From a virus: a stretch of 64,000 nt of DNA. The stretch covers positions 51,648-115,647 of the IMG/VR virus record IMGVR_UViG_3300028377_000005. One strand, given 5' to 3'. The position numbers and the translations under genes were made by a program. Under the pieces are notes generated by a model, which did no database searches, was not told where the DNA came from, and was given only the letters and a program-made list of their open reading frames with translations. The number at the start of each line of letters is the position of its first letter. Position 1 is the stretch's first letter. Positions 55,706-64,000 of the stretch are shown here, piece after piece.

Positions 55706-58700
55706 TTACGGGTAAAGAATCGTGCTTGTGTAATCAACCGGGTAGTCTGTTTGCGTAACTGTATTAGCTGTGGCTATAACCGAATCCTCGTGAACGTCTC
55801 CGGGCGTGGTGGTCACACGGCTCATCGTCGTCTTCGGGTTATTGAAAGTGGCTGAACCATAGAAATCTTCCAGCACAGCGTAAGGTGCTCCAGTGGGCGC
55901 TTGATCATTCGCTGTACCCTTGTAAGTTTCCTCTTCGGTCTGGTGGACTTCGAGGGATACAGGTGATTGAATGCCTACCGTATTCGTCTGGATATCATTG
56001 AACGTGGAGGTCGGACGGTTGAAATACCCGATCCGATATCCATGCCTCGTATCCTCGTCACCTTGGTCGGGAAGCTCATATTCTTCTTCGGAAAACGGGC
56101 CTTCAAAAGTGATTTCACGGAGGCCGTCTTCATCGCACGCAAGGGAAAGCAAACCGTCGCCGCCCGCATCCTCCGCCCTGAGCATTTTGAGGCTTTCATA
56201 GAACGCCTCGTCGTTTTTGGTAAACCGGATCGTCCGATTGGCGTCGTTAAACACGAAGTCTTCATCCGTGTTAAGAACATCATTCGGATCGTTGAACGCG
56301 GACGCAAAGCCTTCTTCAGACTCCAAGTCCACCTGTTGCCCAAGAGGCACGGGAGGCGTATCCTCATTGAGCCTCGTATAGGCCCAATTGTTTTCAAGAT
56401 ACGCTTCCGTATAGGGTTTACGGTGGTAGAAAACTACCTTGAGGGTTTCCTGCTCTGAGGGTAACCCAGACCCCGTGATCCCGATCGTATTACTTTCAAA
56501 ATCGTATGTAAAGGGGTATGTTAAGGTTCCATCCTCGGACATGACCGCCAAGACATTGCGGGCATACATCTCAGTCTGTGAGAGCCTCACGAGGTTCGAT
56601 GTGGCTGATTCCACAACCACAGTCTCAGGATCCTCATCAATGATCGGTTCCGGCGATGTAATTACATTGTGCCGGTTGAGGTACGACTGATTGTTGGCTT
56701 TCTGGTTTTCGCGCTGATTGATTATGTCGTATCTGACATAATCCCACAGGACTTCCGAATATGCTTGCGGATCATTGGTACCAAACTGGACGTATCCGAG
56801 GTCTGTATTCGTGTTGAACCTATCGTTACGTCGGTCGGGAAGCTCTTCGTACTGTAGTTCGAAAACAGGCGTCGTCTGGTTATTGAGGAACACCTTGGTT
56901 GTACCCGTAGGGTCACGCCGGATACACATGTCCATAAAGGTGCCCAGCCATTCCGTATCCACGAAATCATAGTTGGAGGCGTCAAGTAAATCCCCACCCT
57001 TGTAGACTCCAACACGCCGTGTGTTGTAAACGGCTGAGTGGGCGAAAAAGAAATCCACGTCTACGTCCACTTGACCATTCAAAAAGGCCAATCGGGTCCG
57101 GGGATCTGTGCCTGTATCGTTAGGCAACGTGTTGGTATCAAAAACCGCCTGATACTGGCCGTCTACAAACACGGTGACATTGCCACCATACCTAACCACT
57201 TTGTAGTGGTGAAATTCCTCATCATCCCAATCGAATTCAAAGCCCACAGGGTTGGGACCATCAAACACGACGCTCCCTGTTTCGTCGCAAAAGACGATCT
57301 TTTTAGTGCCATCATCGAAGGGCATGAGGTAAATCTGAGCGGTGCCACCGCTATTGCCGAAAAAGACCGGCAACCGTCCATCACCTAAAGCTGTGTACTC
57401 ATCGAAACGAAGGCGGGCACCAATGATCACATCCGTGAACGCACCTTTGCCTGTGTTTTCGAACGAAGCAGAGGTGCCGACACCATCATGCTCCACACGC
57501 ATGAAATGGTCGTAGAACGATAGTTCGTCGCTATCTATGCTGTCGGACCACCCCGCACCATCAAATGCCTGTACGCCGCCGTAAGCCGCTAGGAACCGGT
57601 CCGTAGGTGTTTCATTATAGCCTTTTCCGTAACCCCGTGTTTGCAGGGAATTCGCATCGGCCTGTGCCCAAAAACCTTTGGTTAAAAGGTTTCCGGCTCC
57701 CGCATCCGTGTAGCTATACACAGCCTGCTGATCAAAGAGGGCTAGGGTCACTTCTTTTTTGTCGTCGGCGACCGTCACAAAGGCGGGCATACCTGTTGCG
57801 TAAGAATGCACCCGGAAAGAGGTCGAAAGATCGAGGATAGATTTCGACGTGAGGAACGGTTCGATCCTCGTGTGGTTGATCGCCCCACCCACATACTGTT
57901 GACCCGCGCTCTGTGTTAGGAGGTGTTCGTTGGCAAAGAGCTTTGCATAGCCTTGGTTGTCCGTGAGGTACCAAGGGTCATTCGGATCATTTTCAGGGAG
58001 GGTGTTAAACTCCGTGTCCACTGAGATACGCGCATCTTGTTCGATATCCGAGGTCGGAAGGATGGAATAGCGAACGAAATCCCAGAGCGACTTTGAACTT
58101 GTTTTGCGGCTGATACCCCCGAAAAACAAGCTGTTGTTCTCCAGAACTTCGAAAATTTCCGGGGCAATTGCAGCTTGGTTTTGGTCAAGGGAAGCTACCG
58201 GAAGGACATTGCCCCCAACCAACACATTGATTTTGCCCTTTTCGTTTTTGAACACCCGGTAAGTCTTGAGGTCTGTCCAGTCGATCTCCGGGAAAAGGGT
58301 ATACGTCCCTACGGCTCCTACTTCGCCGTCGAGATATACTTCCCATTTACCGGGTGTCGTCTGGCTTTCATCGATATCTACGATCTCGAAAATGTCCCCT
58401 TCGATAAAGACCCGTTGGCCTTCTACCAGAGGCGGTTGTTCGTTGAACTCTAGGAGATCAAGGGTTGGTGTGCCTCCCACCAGATGCTCAACAGCTTTCG
58501 TCTGGAGTCCCGCATAGGATTCCCATTTTGATTCGTCTTCCGGGTCTTTGAGGAGGCCCACGGTCTTGAAATCACCGATCTCCAAAAACCCGATGAGATG
58601 CAAGTGACTGTCGTCGGCGTATCCTGCAGCAACCCCGGTGAAGTCCCCATCCAAAGTCCACGTCTCGATTTCCATTCGGAAATTCAAGATGGATGCGTGG

Positions 58701-59566
58701 TCAAAAGTGAGGTCTATCTCCTTTCGGAAGAAAGCGGTGTTGCCCCCGATCACGTTATCCGATGTCGACACATCTTCAATGACGTAGAGACCGTTCTCTA
58801 TAGTGGCCGGTTCAAGGGCAGGCCCCTTGAACTCGAAATCTTCGGGGTTCTTGTCCCCTTCAAAGAAAACGGATGCGCTCTGGTTTTGTCGTTCGAACTG
58901 CGCCAAGGTGAGCCGGTGCTTCGGCTCGTTCATCACCATCGACGTAGGGTCATTCAGGACGGACGTGTACGGGTAGTCTAAGCCTCGGTACCTGTATTCG
59001 TATTGCTTTGGCTGTGGGCGGTTGTGAGGGCCTAGCACCGTATTGAAAGTGAACGGTGTGTAGTCCCGACGTGACCATTGGTTGAGTAAGTAGGAAGAGT
59101 TATTCAGGCCCGCCAGTTCCAGCGTAGGGTTTGGCGTATAGTGGTACGATACAGAGACTTGCGTATTAACCGCAAGCTCTTGATGGAGGATAATGATGCC
59201 TGCTGGAGCGTCGACGTGTAGTGGTGTAACCTCAGAACCGTCCACAACCACCGTCACATCGTCGACACCGGCGAGTTGGGCGTCACCGTAACCCTTGGTA
59301 ATGGGAGCGTGTTCCGTAAGAATCACGGCATTTTGGCACGCGGTTACCGGACCTTGGGATCCCATATAACCAAGAGTCACGAGGGAAAGGCCGCTGACAT
59401 TTCCCCACCACCCTTGTGTTAGTAATGAACCTGTCGCACTCCCACTACTGGTTCCACCATCACAGTTCGACTCCAGACCCGAAAGTAAGTTTCCAATTTT
59501 AACCCTCCGCCCGAGGGGGTGAGGCCGCCGTTGGGTGGTGGGGTTGGACAGTAAAATGTCTGACAT
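55706..59566 (-). CDS. large virion protein with multiple jelly-roll/LamG-like domains
   Basis: 1286 aa; repeated DW..YxV and WDxVRY motifs; LxTxGY/W motifs. Confidence 0.7.
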   Translation of the reverse strand: MSDILLSNPTTQRRPHPLGRRVKIGNLLSGLESNCDGGTSSGSATGSLLTQGWWGNVSGLSLVTLGYMGSQGPVTACQNAVILTEHAPITKGYGDAQLAGVDDVTVVVDGSEVTPLHVDAPAGIIILHQELAVNTQVSVSYHYTPNPTLELAGLNNSSYLLNQWSRRDYTPFTFNTVLGPHNRPQPKQYEYRYRGLDYPYTSVLNDPTSMVMNEPKHRLTLAQFERQNQSASVFFEGDKNPEDFEFKGPALEPATIENGLYVIEDVSTSDNVIGGNTAFFRKEIDLTFDHASILNFRMEIETWTLDGDFTGVAAGYADDSHLHLIGFLEIGDFKTVGLLKDPEDESKWESYAGLQTKAVEHLVGGTPTLDLLEFNEQPPLVEGQRVFIEGDIFEIVDIDESQTTPGKWEVYLDGEVGAVGTYTLFPEIDWTDLKTYRVFKNEKGKINVLVGGNVLPVASLDQNQAAIAPEIFEVLENNSLFFGGISRKTSSKSLWDFVRYSILPTSDIEQDARISVDTEFNTLPENDPNDPWYLTDNQGYAKLFANEHLLTQSAGQQYVGGAINHTRIEPFLTSKSILDLSTSFRVHSYATGMPAFVTVADDKKEVTLALFDQQAVYSYTDAGAGNLLTKGFWAQADANSLQTRGYGKGYNETPTDRFLAAYGGVQAFDGAGWSDSIDSDELSFYDHFMRVEHDGVGTSASFENTGKGAFTDVIIGARLRFDEYTALGDGRLPVFFGNSGGTAQIYLMPFDDGTKKIVFCDETGSVVFDGPNPVGFEFDWDDEEFHHYKVVRYGGNVTVFVDGQYQAVFDTNTLPNDTGTDPRTRLAFLNGQVDVDVDFFFAHSAVYNTRRVGVYKGGDLLDASNYDFVDTEWLGTFMDMCIRRDPTGTTKVFLNNQTTPVFELQYEELPDRRNDRFNTNTDLGYVQFGTNDPQAYSEVLWDYVRYDIINQRENQKANNQSYLNRHNVITSPEPIIDEDPETVVVESATSNLVRLSQTEMYARNVLAVMSEDGTLTYPFTYDFESNTIGITGSGLPSEQETLKVVFYHRKPYTEAYLENNWAYTRLNEDTPPVPLGQQVDLESEEGFASAFNDPNDVLNTDEDFVFNDANRTIRFTKNDEAFYESLKMLRAEDAGGDGLLSLACDEDGLREITFEGPFSEEEYELPDQGDEDTRHGYRIGYFNRPTSTFNDIQTNTVGIQSPVSLEVHQTEEETYKGTANDQAPTGAPYAVLEDFYGSATFNNPKTTMSRVTTTPGDVHEDSVIATANTVTQTDYPVDYTSTILYP

Positions 59567-59606
59567 AATAATCTCGTAAGTTTGATTAATTTACGACGAC
59601 CACTTA

Positions 59607-62600
59607 TCAGACCTTTTTGATGCTATAATCAACCAGTCGACCTTGTGTGTCGTAAGATGCTGAAAGCTGATAAGCAGCAATCGGGTTAGTCTCAGCGGTT
59701 ACATCCGCCGCCGTGGGGTAAAGGGTGATCGTAGATTCAATCAGATTGTTGCTGCTATCGTAAGTCTGTCCCGTGATACGAACATTTTCTTGGGACAAAC
59801 CAAGCACCCGTGCCATTGACATTTGCAAACCGCTTACGTCGCCACTGAGTGCCGCCAGCGAATTTTCATTTACATCGAAAGCAGAGCCTTTGATATCGTC
59901 CAGAGACGCTGTAACGGGAGACAAGTCGACATTGCTGAGGTTGTTGCGGATCTCCTCCAACGAATCTGTGCTCGTATTAAAGGTCGCGCCTTTGATATCG
60001 TCAAGAGAATCCGTGACTGGCGTAAGATCAGCACCTGAGTTGTCTCGAATCTGTTTTAAGGAATCCGTGCTTGTATCGAACCCGGTACCTTTGATATCGT
60101 CCAAAGTCGCCGTAACAGGAGACAAGTCGACACTGCTGAGGTTGTCCCGAATTTGCTCAAGGGAGTCGGTGTTCCCATCGAAAGTGGCACCTTTGATATC
60201 GTCAAGAGAATCCGTGACCGGAGTAAGATCCACACTTGCCGAAGAGGTGTCTGCCACATCGAAACGCAACGTCACGTCATCCATCGGCGTGTAAGTTTCC
60301 CCATAGCCGTAATGAAATACGCTGTTGTCCAAGGACGACGGGGTGTTAATAACACCAAAGGTATCCACTCCGTCGCCGTCCAGACCATAAATTGTACCCG
60401 AAGTGAGTCCTTCCAATGTGATCTGAGTCGCCGTAGCGCCTTGATCTTCCGATTTCCACAAGATAGCACCGCTCCTTTCAGTTTCGAAAGATGCAAACAC
60501 AAGGGTGTCTTGGTCAACCACATGAACGCCACCGGCTGACTGATACGGGATTGGCGAACCCTCTGCCGTGGGAATTGATCGGGTCCACGTGTCACCACCA
60601 TCTGCTGTCCGGTAGATTGTCAATGAAAATGATGTAGATCCGCTTACGTCCACCGAGAGCCCCGTTGCGTAACCGTAGGTGTTCGTGTCGTCAAAGTCGA
60701 TATATAGGGCTTGTTCATACAGGTCAGCATCGACATGTGAAAATACCGAAGTCCAGCTAGAACCGCCGTTTGTGGTCTTGTAGATCACAGGGTAAGGGTT
60801 CCCAGAAGTATCGGCTCCTGTCACAATGAGTGTTTGATCATCTACGGCATATACACCTCTGTAGCCTTCGGTGGTGCCGGTTCTAATCGTGGAAAAGGTA
60901 TTCGTCGACCCGTCCCATTTCATGACGTAGGATTCTGAACCAGAATCGGTGGCAGTGAAATACACAATAGGGTTTCCAGCGCCGTCATTTGTAACGGCGA
61001 GGTCCATAGGGGCACCGCCGTTATCGAAATACGTGCCGGGAGGGTTTGCTGTCGGAGAAAGCCCACCTGAAGGGGTCCCATAGTGGATGACTTGGTTCCC
61101 CGAAAAGTTTTCGCCTAATATTACGACGGTGTTTGTTGTTGCGTCGTACCCCAATCCCTTGAGGTACCGTGGGGGCGTCTGGTTGAAATAGACACTCGAC
61201 CACGAATCCCCGCCGTTAGCCGTGGTGTATACTTCGGGATACACCGTCTGTTCGCCAAGGGCGTCACCATATAGTCCGACGTAAATGGTGCTGGAGTCCA
61301 CCACCTCTATCGTACCAAGCGAGTTGGCTTCATTTGTGCCTTCGAGGCTAGAATCGGAGGGGGTGCCGGTCCACTCGAAAACCTCTAGGTTTTCAGGGAC
61401 GGCCCTTGAAATCCGCACCAGAAGATCCCCCAGCGTGTCTGTGTCGACGTTAGTGAGCGTGAATCGGTAGACGCCCGGCGCGTTCACATCGTCCAGTTCT
61501 TGCCATGTGGACAGCAGGTTAGTGCTGGCGTTCGTACCCTCCTTGTAAAGTTCCGCTTCGAGGTCTGACGGAGTGAGTCCGGTGCGCTCACCAATCCGTA
61601 CCGTGATCGTAGCTGAATTGCTCTGGGCAAGATTCCCGCTGAACGGGATTTCTTTGACCCTCTCTGAGAGAGAGTCCACATTGGTATTGAAATTCGGACC
61701 CTTAATGGCGGTAAGATCGTCTAGCACCGGACTCAGGTCGACATTGATGTTGCCAATAGCGTCGGAGAGTGCAGGCAGAGAGTCTGTCGAGCTATTCCAG
61801 TTGAAACCGCCTTTGATGGCGTCAAGGTCCGCTAGGACGGGGCTCAGATCAGTAGACCCAATTGAGGCCACGTAGAACCTTAGGTTAACGGGGTCAAAGC
61901 GAACCGTGTCGGCAGGGGTCTGTAGCACTTCACCATTTCCCGCACCAAGGTAGGTTAGGGAGTCATCGGGTGCGCAGAATACCGACTTCACATCTGCGGT
62001 GGTATCGTGGACAGCTACCTTTGTCCATTTAGTACCCAATGATTCTGTCTCATAGACCACAGGAGGCCTTGGCGACCCACCCGTAGTCATATCTTGGCCC
62101 ACTACCACGACCCTCTCTGCGTTGAGATCTGCTCCCGTGACAAGGGTCGACGAGGGTACTTCAAACGCCATAGCTTCCCACGTCCGTCCACTATCTTCGG
62201 TGTAGTAAACCTTCGACGTGGTTGACCCTGATCCAGTGGCTACAGCAATCACACCCCGGTTAGGCTGATCTTGGTCAAAAGTGATACTCTGGAACCAATC
62301 GTTTGATGCAAGGTCGGGGATGCGGCTGGTAACATCTGTCCAAATAGTTCCCCCATCCTCCGTGAGCATCAGGATAGCTCCATTGGAGAGGTCTCCACCT
62401 GCAGCATACACCAACTGATCATTGATAGCATGGATCGAGTGGAGATCCTTGGTGCCGCCAGAGTTTTGGGAGGTGGGCGTGGTACCGTCATAGTGGTAGA
62501 TCAGCTCATCGGTCCCACACATCCAAATATTACTGGTATCGTAATAGGATACGTCCCAGAAATTGGTACCACTGGTCTCCCAACTACCGACGTAAATAAA

Positions 62601-63569
62601 GTCAGAACCATCCCACTCGTAGACTGCCCCTCGTGAGCCTACAGCGATCACATTATCAACCGTACCATCCCCATCCACAGCATACAGATCACGACCAGCA
62701 ATACTATCGGTGCTCCAGTTTACTCCGTCTACACGAGCACCGTAATAACCAAGCTCCGCTCCGGTGGAGAAGCCTACTGTAAAGAGGCCCTTATAGGAGC
62801 CATCGGAGATCTGGCAGCCGTAGACGTCATTCACGTCGAAAGTGTAGGAACTTTGGTGGCCCCCCCGGAGGTAATTCAAGGGAGCGAACCTTAGGTGCCC
62901 AAAATCACCTTCGTCGGGCTTCCAAGATCCCGGCATATCGAATCGGTACCACCCCGCGTGCCCGAAGCTATCAATCTCAGTCCAATTACCCGTGAACGGA
63001 TTCCAGTTTGATACACTTGTGTTGGAGCTACTATTCACCATTGCCAACTGCATCTCCTCGTAGTCACCAGTGAGGCCCTTTACAGGCTCTCCCTTGTGCT
63101 GGAAGTATGCGTAGATGGTATCGTCGCCTGTGGGAGGGAGGAAGCCGATGAACTCAGAATGTTCCCGGTGTGACTCTACCAGTTCCTCTGTCTGATCATT
63201 CACCATATCCTGAGGGTTTTCGATCACCGTCAGGTTGAGGTTTTGCTGTGCCAGATCGACCGCCCCATTGGCGTGAATAACTGCGACGAATTCACCACGA
63301 GCGCTCAGCTCGTCTGCCGTAAAGAGGATCTCGTAAAGGCCCGGTAGATTGGTGGCATCCACTTCCCGGAAGTTGGAGGCATCAATGACCTTATTCACTG
63401 CGGTGAGAGCACCGGCCTTGCGGTAGTAGAGTGTAATATCGCCCGGTACCACACCGGTTTTTTCGTCACCCGTAGTATCATCGGATAGGATGACCGTAAC
63501 TCTAGCAGGTCGCTTTTGGATCACTTGTGTCATGGGCTCTCCGGTTGGTTGCCTTGATATACCGCTCAA
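59607..63569 (-). CDS. tail fibre/receptor-binding protein with two BNR beta-propeller modules and helical repeats
   Basis: Asp boxes TEDGGTIW, TEDSGRTW, TANGGDSW, TTNGGSSW, TADGGDTW, SEDQGAT; DLSPV..LDDIKG repeats; start may be MTQVIQ. Confidence 0.8.
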   Translation of the reverse strand: MSGISRQPTGEPMTQVIQKRPARVTVILSDDTTGDEKTGVVPGDITLYYRKAGALTAVNKVIDASNFREVDATNLPGLYEILFTADELSARGEFVAVIHANGAVDLAQQNLNLTVIENPQDMVNDQTEELVESHREHSEFIGFLPPTGDDTIYAYFQHKGEPVKGLTGDYEEMQLAMVNSSSNTSVSNWNPFTGNWTEIDSFGHAGWYRFDMPGSWKPDEGDFGHLRFAPLNYLRGGHQSSYTFDVNDVYGCQISDGSYKGLFTVGFSTGAELGYYGARVDGVNWSTDSIAGRDLYAVDGDGTVDNVIAVGSRGAVYEWDGSDFIYVGSWETSGTNFWDVSYYDTSNIWMCGTDELIYHYDGTTPTSQNSGGTKDLHSIHAINDQLVYAAGGDLSNGAILMLTEDGGTIWTDVTSRIPDLASNDWFQSITFDQDQPNRGVIAVATGSGSTTSKVYYTEDSGRTWEAMAFEVPSSTLVTGADLNAERVVVVGQDMTTGGSPRPPVVYETESLGTKWTKVAVHDTTADVKSVFCAPDDSLTYLGAGNGEVLQTPADTVRFDPVNLRFYVASIGSTDLSPVLADLDAIKGGFNWNSSTDSLPALSDAIGNINVDLSPVLDDLTAIKGPNFNTNVDSLSERVKEIPFSGNLAQSNSATITVRIGERTGLTPSDLEAELYKEGTNASTNLLSTWQELDDVNAPGVYRFTLTNVDTDTLGDLLVRISRAVPENLEVFEWTGTPSDSSLEGTNEANSLGTIEVVDSSTIYVGLYGDALGEQTVYPEVYTTANGGDSWSSVYFNQTPPRYLKGLGYDATTNTVVILGENFSGNQVIHYGTPSGGLSPTANPPGTYFDNGGAPMDLAVTNDGAGNPIVYFTATDSGSESYVMKWDGSTNTFSTIRTGTTEGYRGVYAVDDQTLIVTGADTSGNPYPVIYKTTNGGSSWTSVFSHVDADLYEQALYIDFDDTNTYGYATGLSVDVSGSTSFSLTIYRTADGGDTWTRSIPTAEGSPIPYQSAGGVHVVDQDTLVFASFETERSGAILWKSEDQGATATQITLEGLTSGTIYGLDGDGVDTFGVINTPSSLDNSVFHYGYGETYTPMDDVTLRFDVADTSSASVDLTPVTDSLDDIKGATFDGNTDSLEQIRDNLSSVDLSPVTATLDDIKGTGFDTSTDSLKQIRDNSGADLTPVTDSLDDIKGATFNTSTDSLEEIRNNLSNVDLSPVTASLDDIKGSAFDVNENSLAALSGDVSGLQMSMARVLGLSQENVRITGQTYDSSNNLIESTITLYPTAADVTAETNPIAAYQLSASYDTQGRLVDYSIKKV
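59850..60235 (-). repeat. four tandem ~100-bp (33-34 aa) repeats DL(S/T)PVT.(S/T)LDDIKG..F...DSL..IR.N
   Basis: CCTTTGATATCGTC recurs four times at about 100-bp spacing; two diverged copies lie near 61670-61850. Confidence 0.85.
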
Positions 63570-63639
63570 CGCGATGTGTTAAAATGAAATAGCAGGGACT
63601 GCAAAACTTAGTTATTACCAAGACGACTACGGAGTACTC

Positions 63640-63654
63640 ACTATAAATAGATTC
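63640..63654 (-). promoter_or_regulatory. candidate late-promoter motif GAATCTATTTATAGT
   Basis: Intergenic, upstream of the fibre gene. Confidence 0.35.
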
Positions 63655-63658
63655 TCAA

Positions 63659-63784
63659 TCAGTGACTGCAGCGGTGGGGATTGAGGCGGTGGGCTAGATT
63701 AAGGATCCAGTTCTGGACTATGAGGCCCATTACCGGATCGAGGGCCAAGGCGATCAACATCAACTCTTGGTGGCAAAAATGCAT
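63659..63784 (-). CDS. 41-aa hydrophobic peptide MHFCHQELMLIALALDPVMGLIVQNWILNLAHRLNPHRCSH
   Basis: GGAGA RBS and its own promoter; same ACGGAGAC..ACAATG leader as the 18191 gene. Confidence 0.6.
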   Translation of the reverse strand: MHFCHQELMLIALALDPVMGLIVQNWILNLAHRLNPHRCSH

Positions 63785-63823
63785 TGTTCCGTCTCCGTTC
63801 GTTGGGGTATCCGATCTCACTAA

Positions 63824-63852
63824 CCTATACCCCAACTTGGAAGGGGTGTCAA
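63824..63852 (-). promoter_or_regulatory. sigma70-like promoter TTGACA-N17-TATAGG followed by TTAGTG
   Basis: Near-identical to the 18246 promoter. Confidence 0.7.
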
Positions 63853-63854
63853 AA

Positions 63855-63998
63855 TTATCCCCAATGCACAGCCCACTCGTTGTCGGCGGCTTGCTTGAAT
63901 AGGGCTTGGAATTGCTTGAGACGGTCCCTAATGTATCCGGCTTGGCGACCCTCTGGGCCATGTTCGGGCGGGGGACTATCCCCGCGAGTGCGGGGCCA
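63855..63998 (-). CDS. 3' end of a hypothetical protein entering from beyond the window
   Basis: Frame reads ..GYIRDRLKQFQALFKQAADNEWAVHWG* and stops just before the promoter. Confidence 0.5.
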   Translation of the reverse strand, partial: WPRTRGDSPPPEHGPEGRQAGYIRDRLKQFQALFKQAADNEWAVHWG

Positions 63999-64000
63999 CC

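Noticed and set aside
59850-60235. CRISPR array
   Set aside because: Repeats are degenerate, in-frame and coding within the fibre gene; the intervening sequence is also homologous, with no unique spacers
63930-64000. tRNA-like GC-rich structure at the window end
   Set aside because: No T-loop or D-loop consensus forming a cloverleaf; it reads better as the 3' part of a minus-strand CDS
1-64000. Stop-codon reassignment or diversity-generating retroelement
   Set aside because: Long genes are intact in code 11 and TAA, TAG and TGA all serve as stops; no reverse transcriptase or template/variable repeat pair seen

Overview
This window is a 64 kb piece of a large, probably jumbo, myovirus-type (contractile-tail) bacteriophage genome, read in the standard genetic code, with many acidic proteins. 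1-9131 (+) is a baseplate/tail block: a gp25-like protein, baseplate J, a baseplate I-fibre fusion and a small tail protein. 9128-27700 is mostly minus-strand accessory genes: RNA ligase, metallophosphoesterase, polynucleotide kinase, 2H phosphoesterase, topoisomerase IB, IF-1, dCTP deaminase, PhoH, and a Ycf46-like AAA ATPase with DUF1257- and DUF2997-like partners, several behind sigma70-like promoters. 27770-37520 (-) is a replication block: family A polymerase with Cys-rich inserts, a stand-alone primase zinc finger, DnaB, a degenerate loader and SNF2. 37522-41240 (-) is a membrane/lysis-like block that contains a complete histidine kinase plus receiver pair. 41249-63569 (-) holds very large virion/tail proteins. 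Most interesting: (1) an unannotated 40-aa peptide (13912-14034) with a lasso-type YxxPxL leader and a 4-Cys core, coupled to a methyltransferase operon; (2) a phage two-component system inside the late lysis-like operon; (3) the AAA/DUF1257/DUF2997 module with two paralogous Zn proteins inserted; (4) a shared basic N-terminal leader that may target cargo such as topoisomerase IB to the capsid. All family calls come from reading motifs by eye; no searches were run. No CRISPR array, tRNA, rRNA, integrase or transposase was seen.
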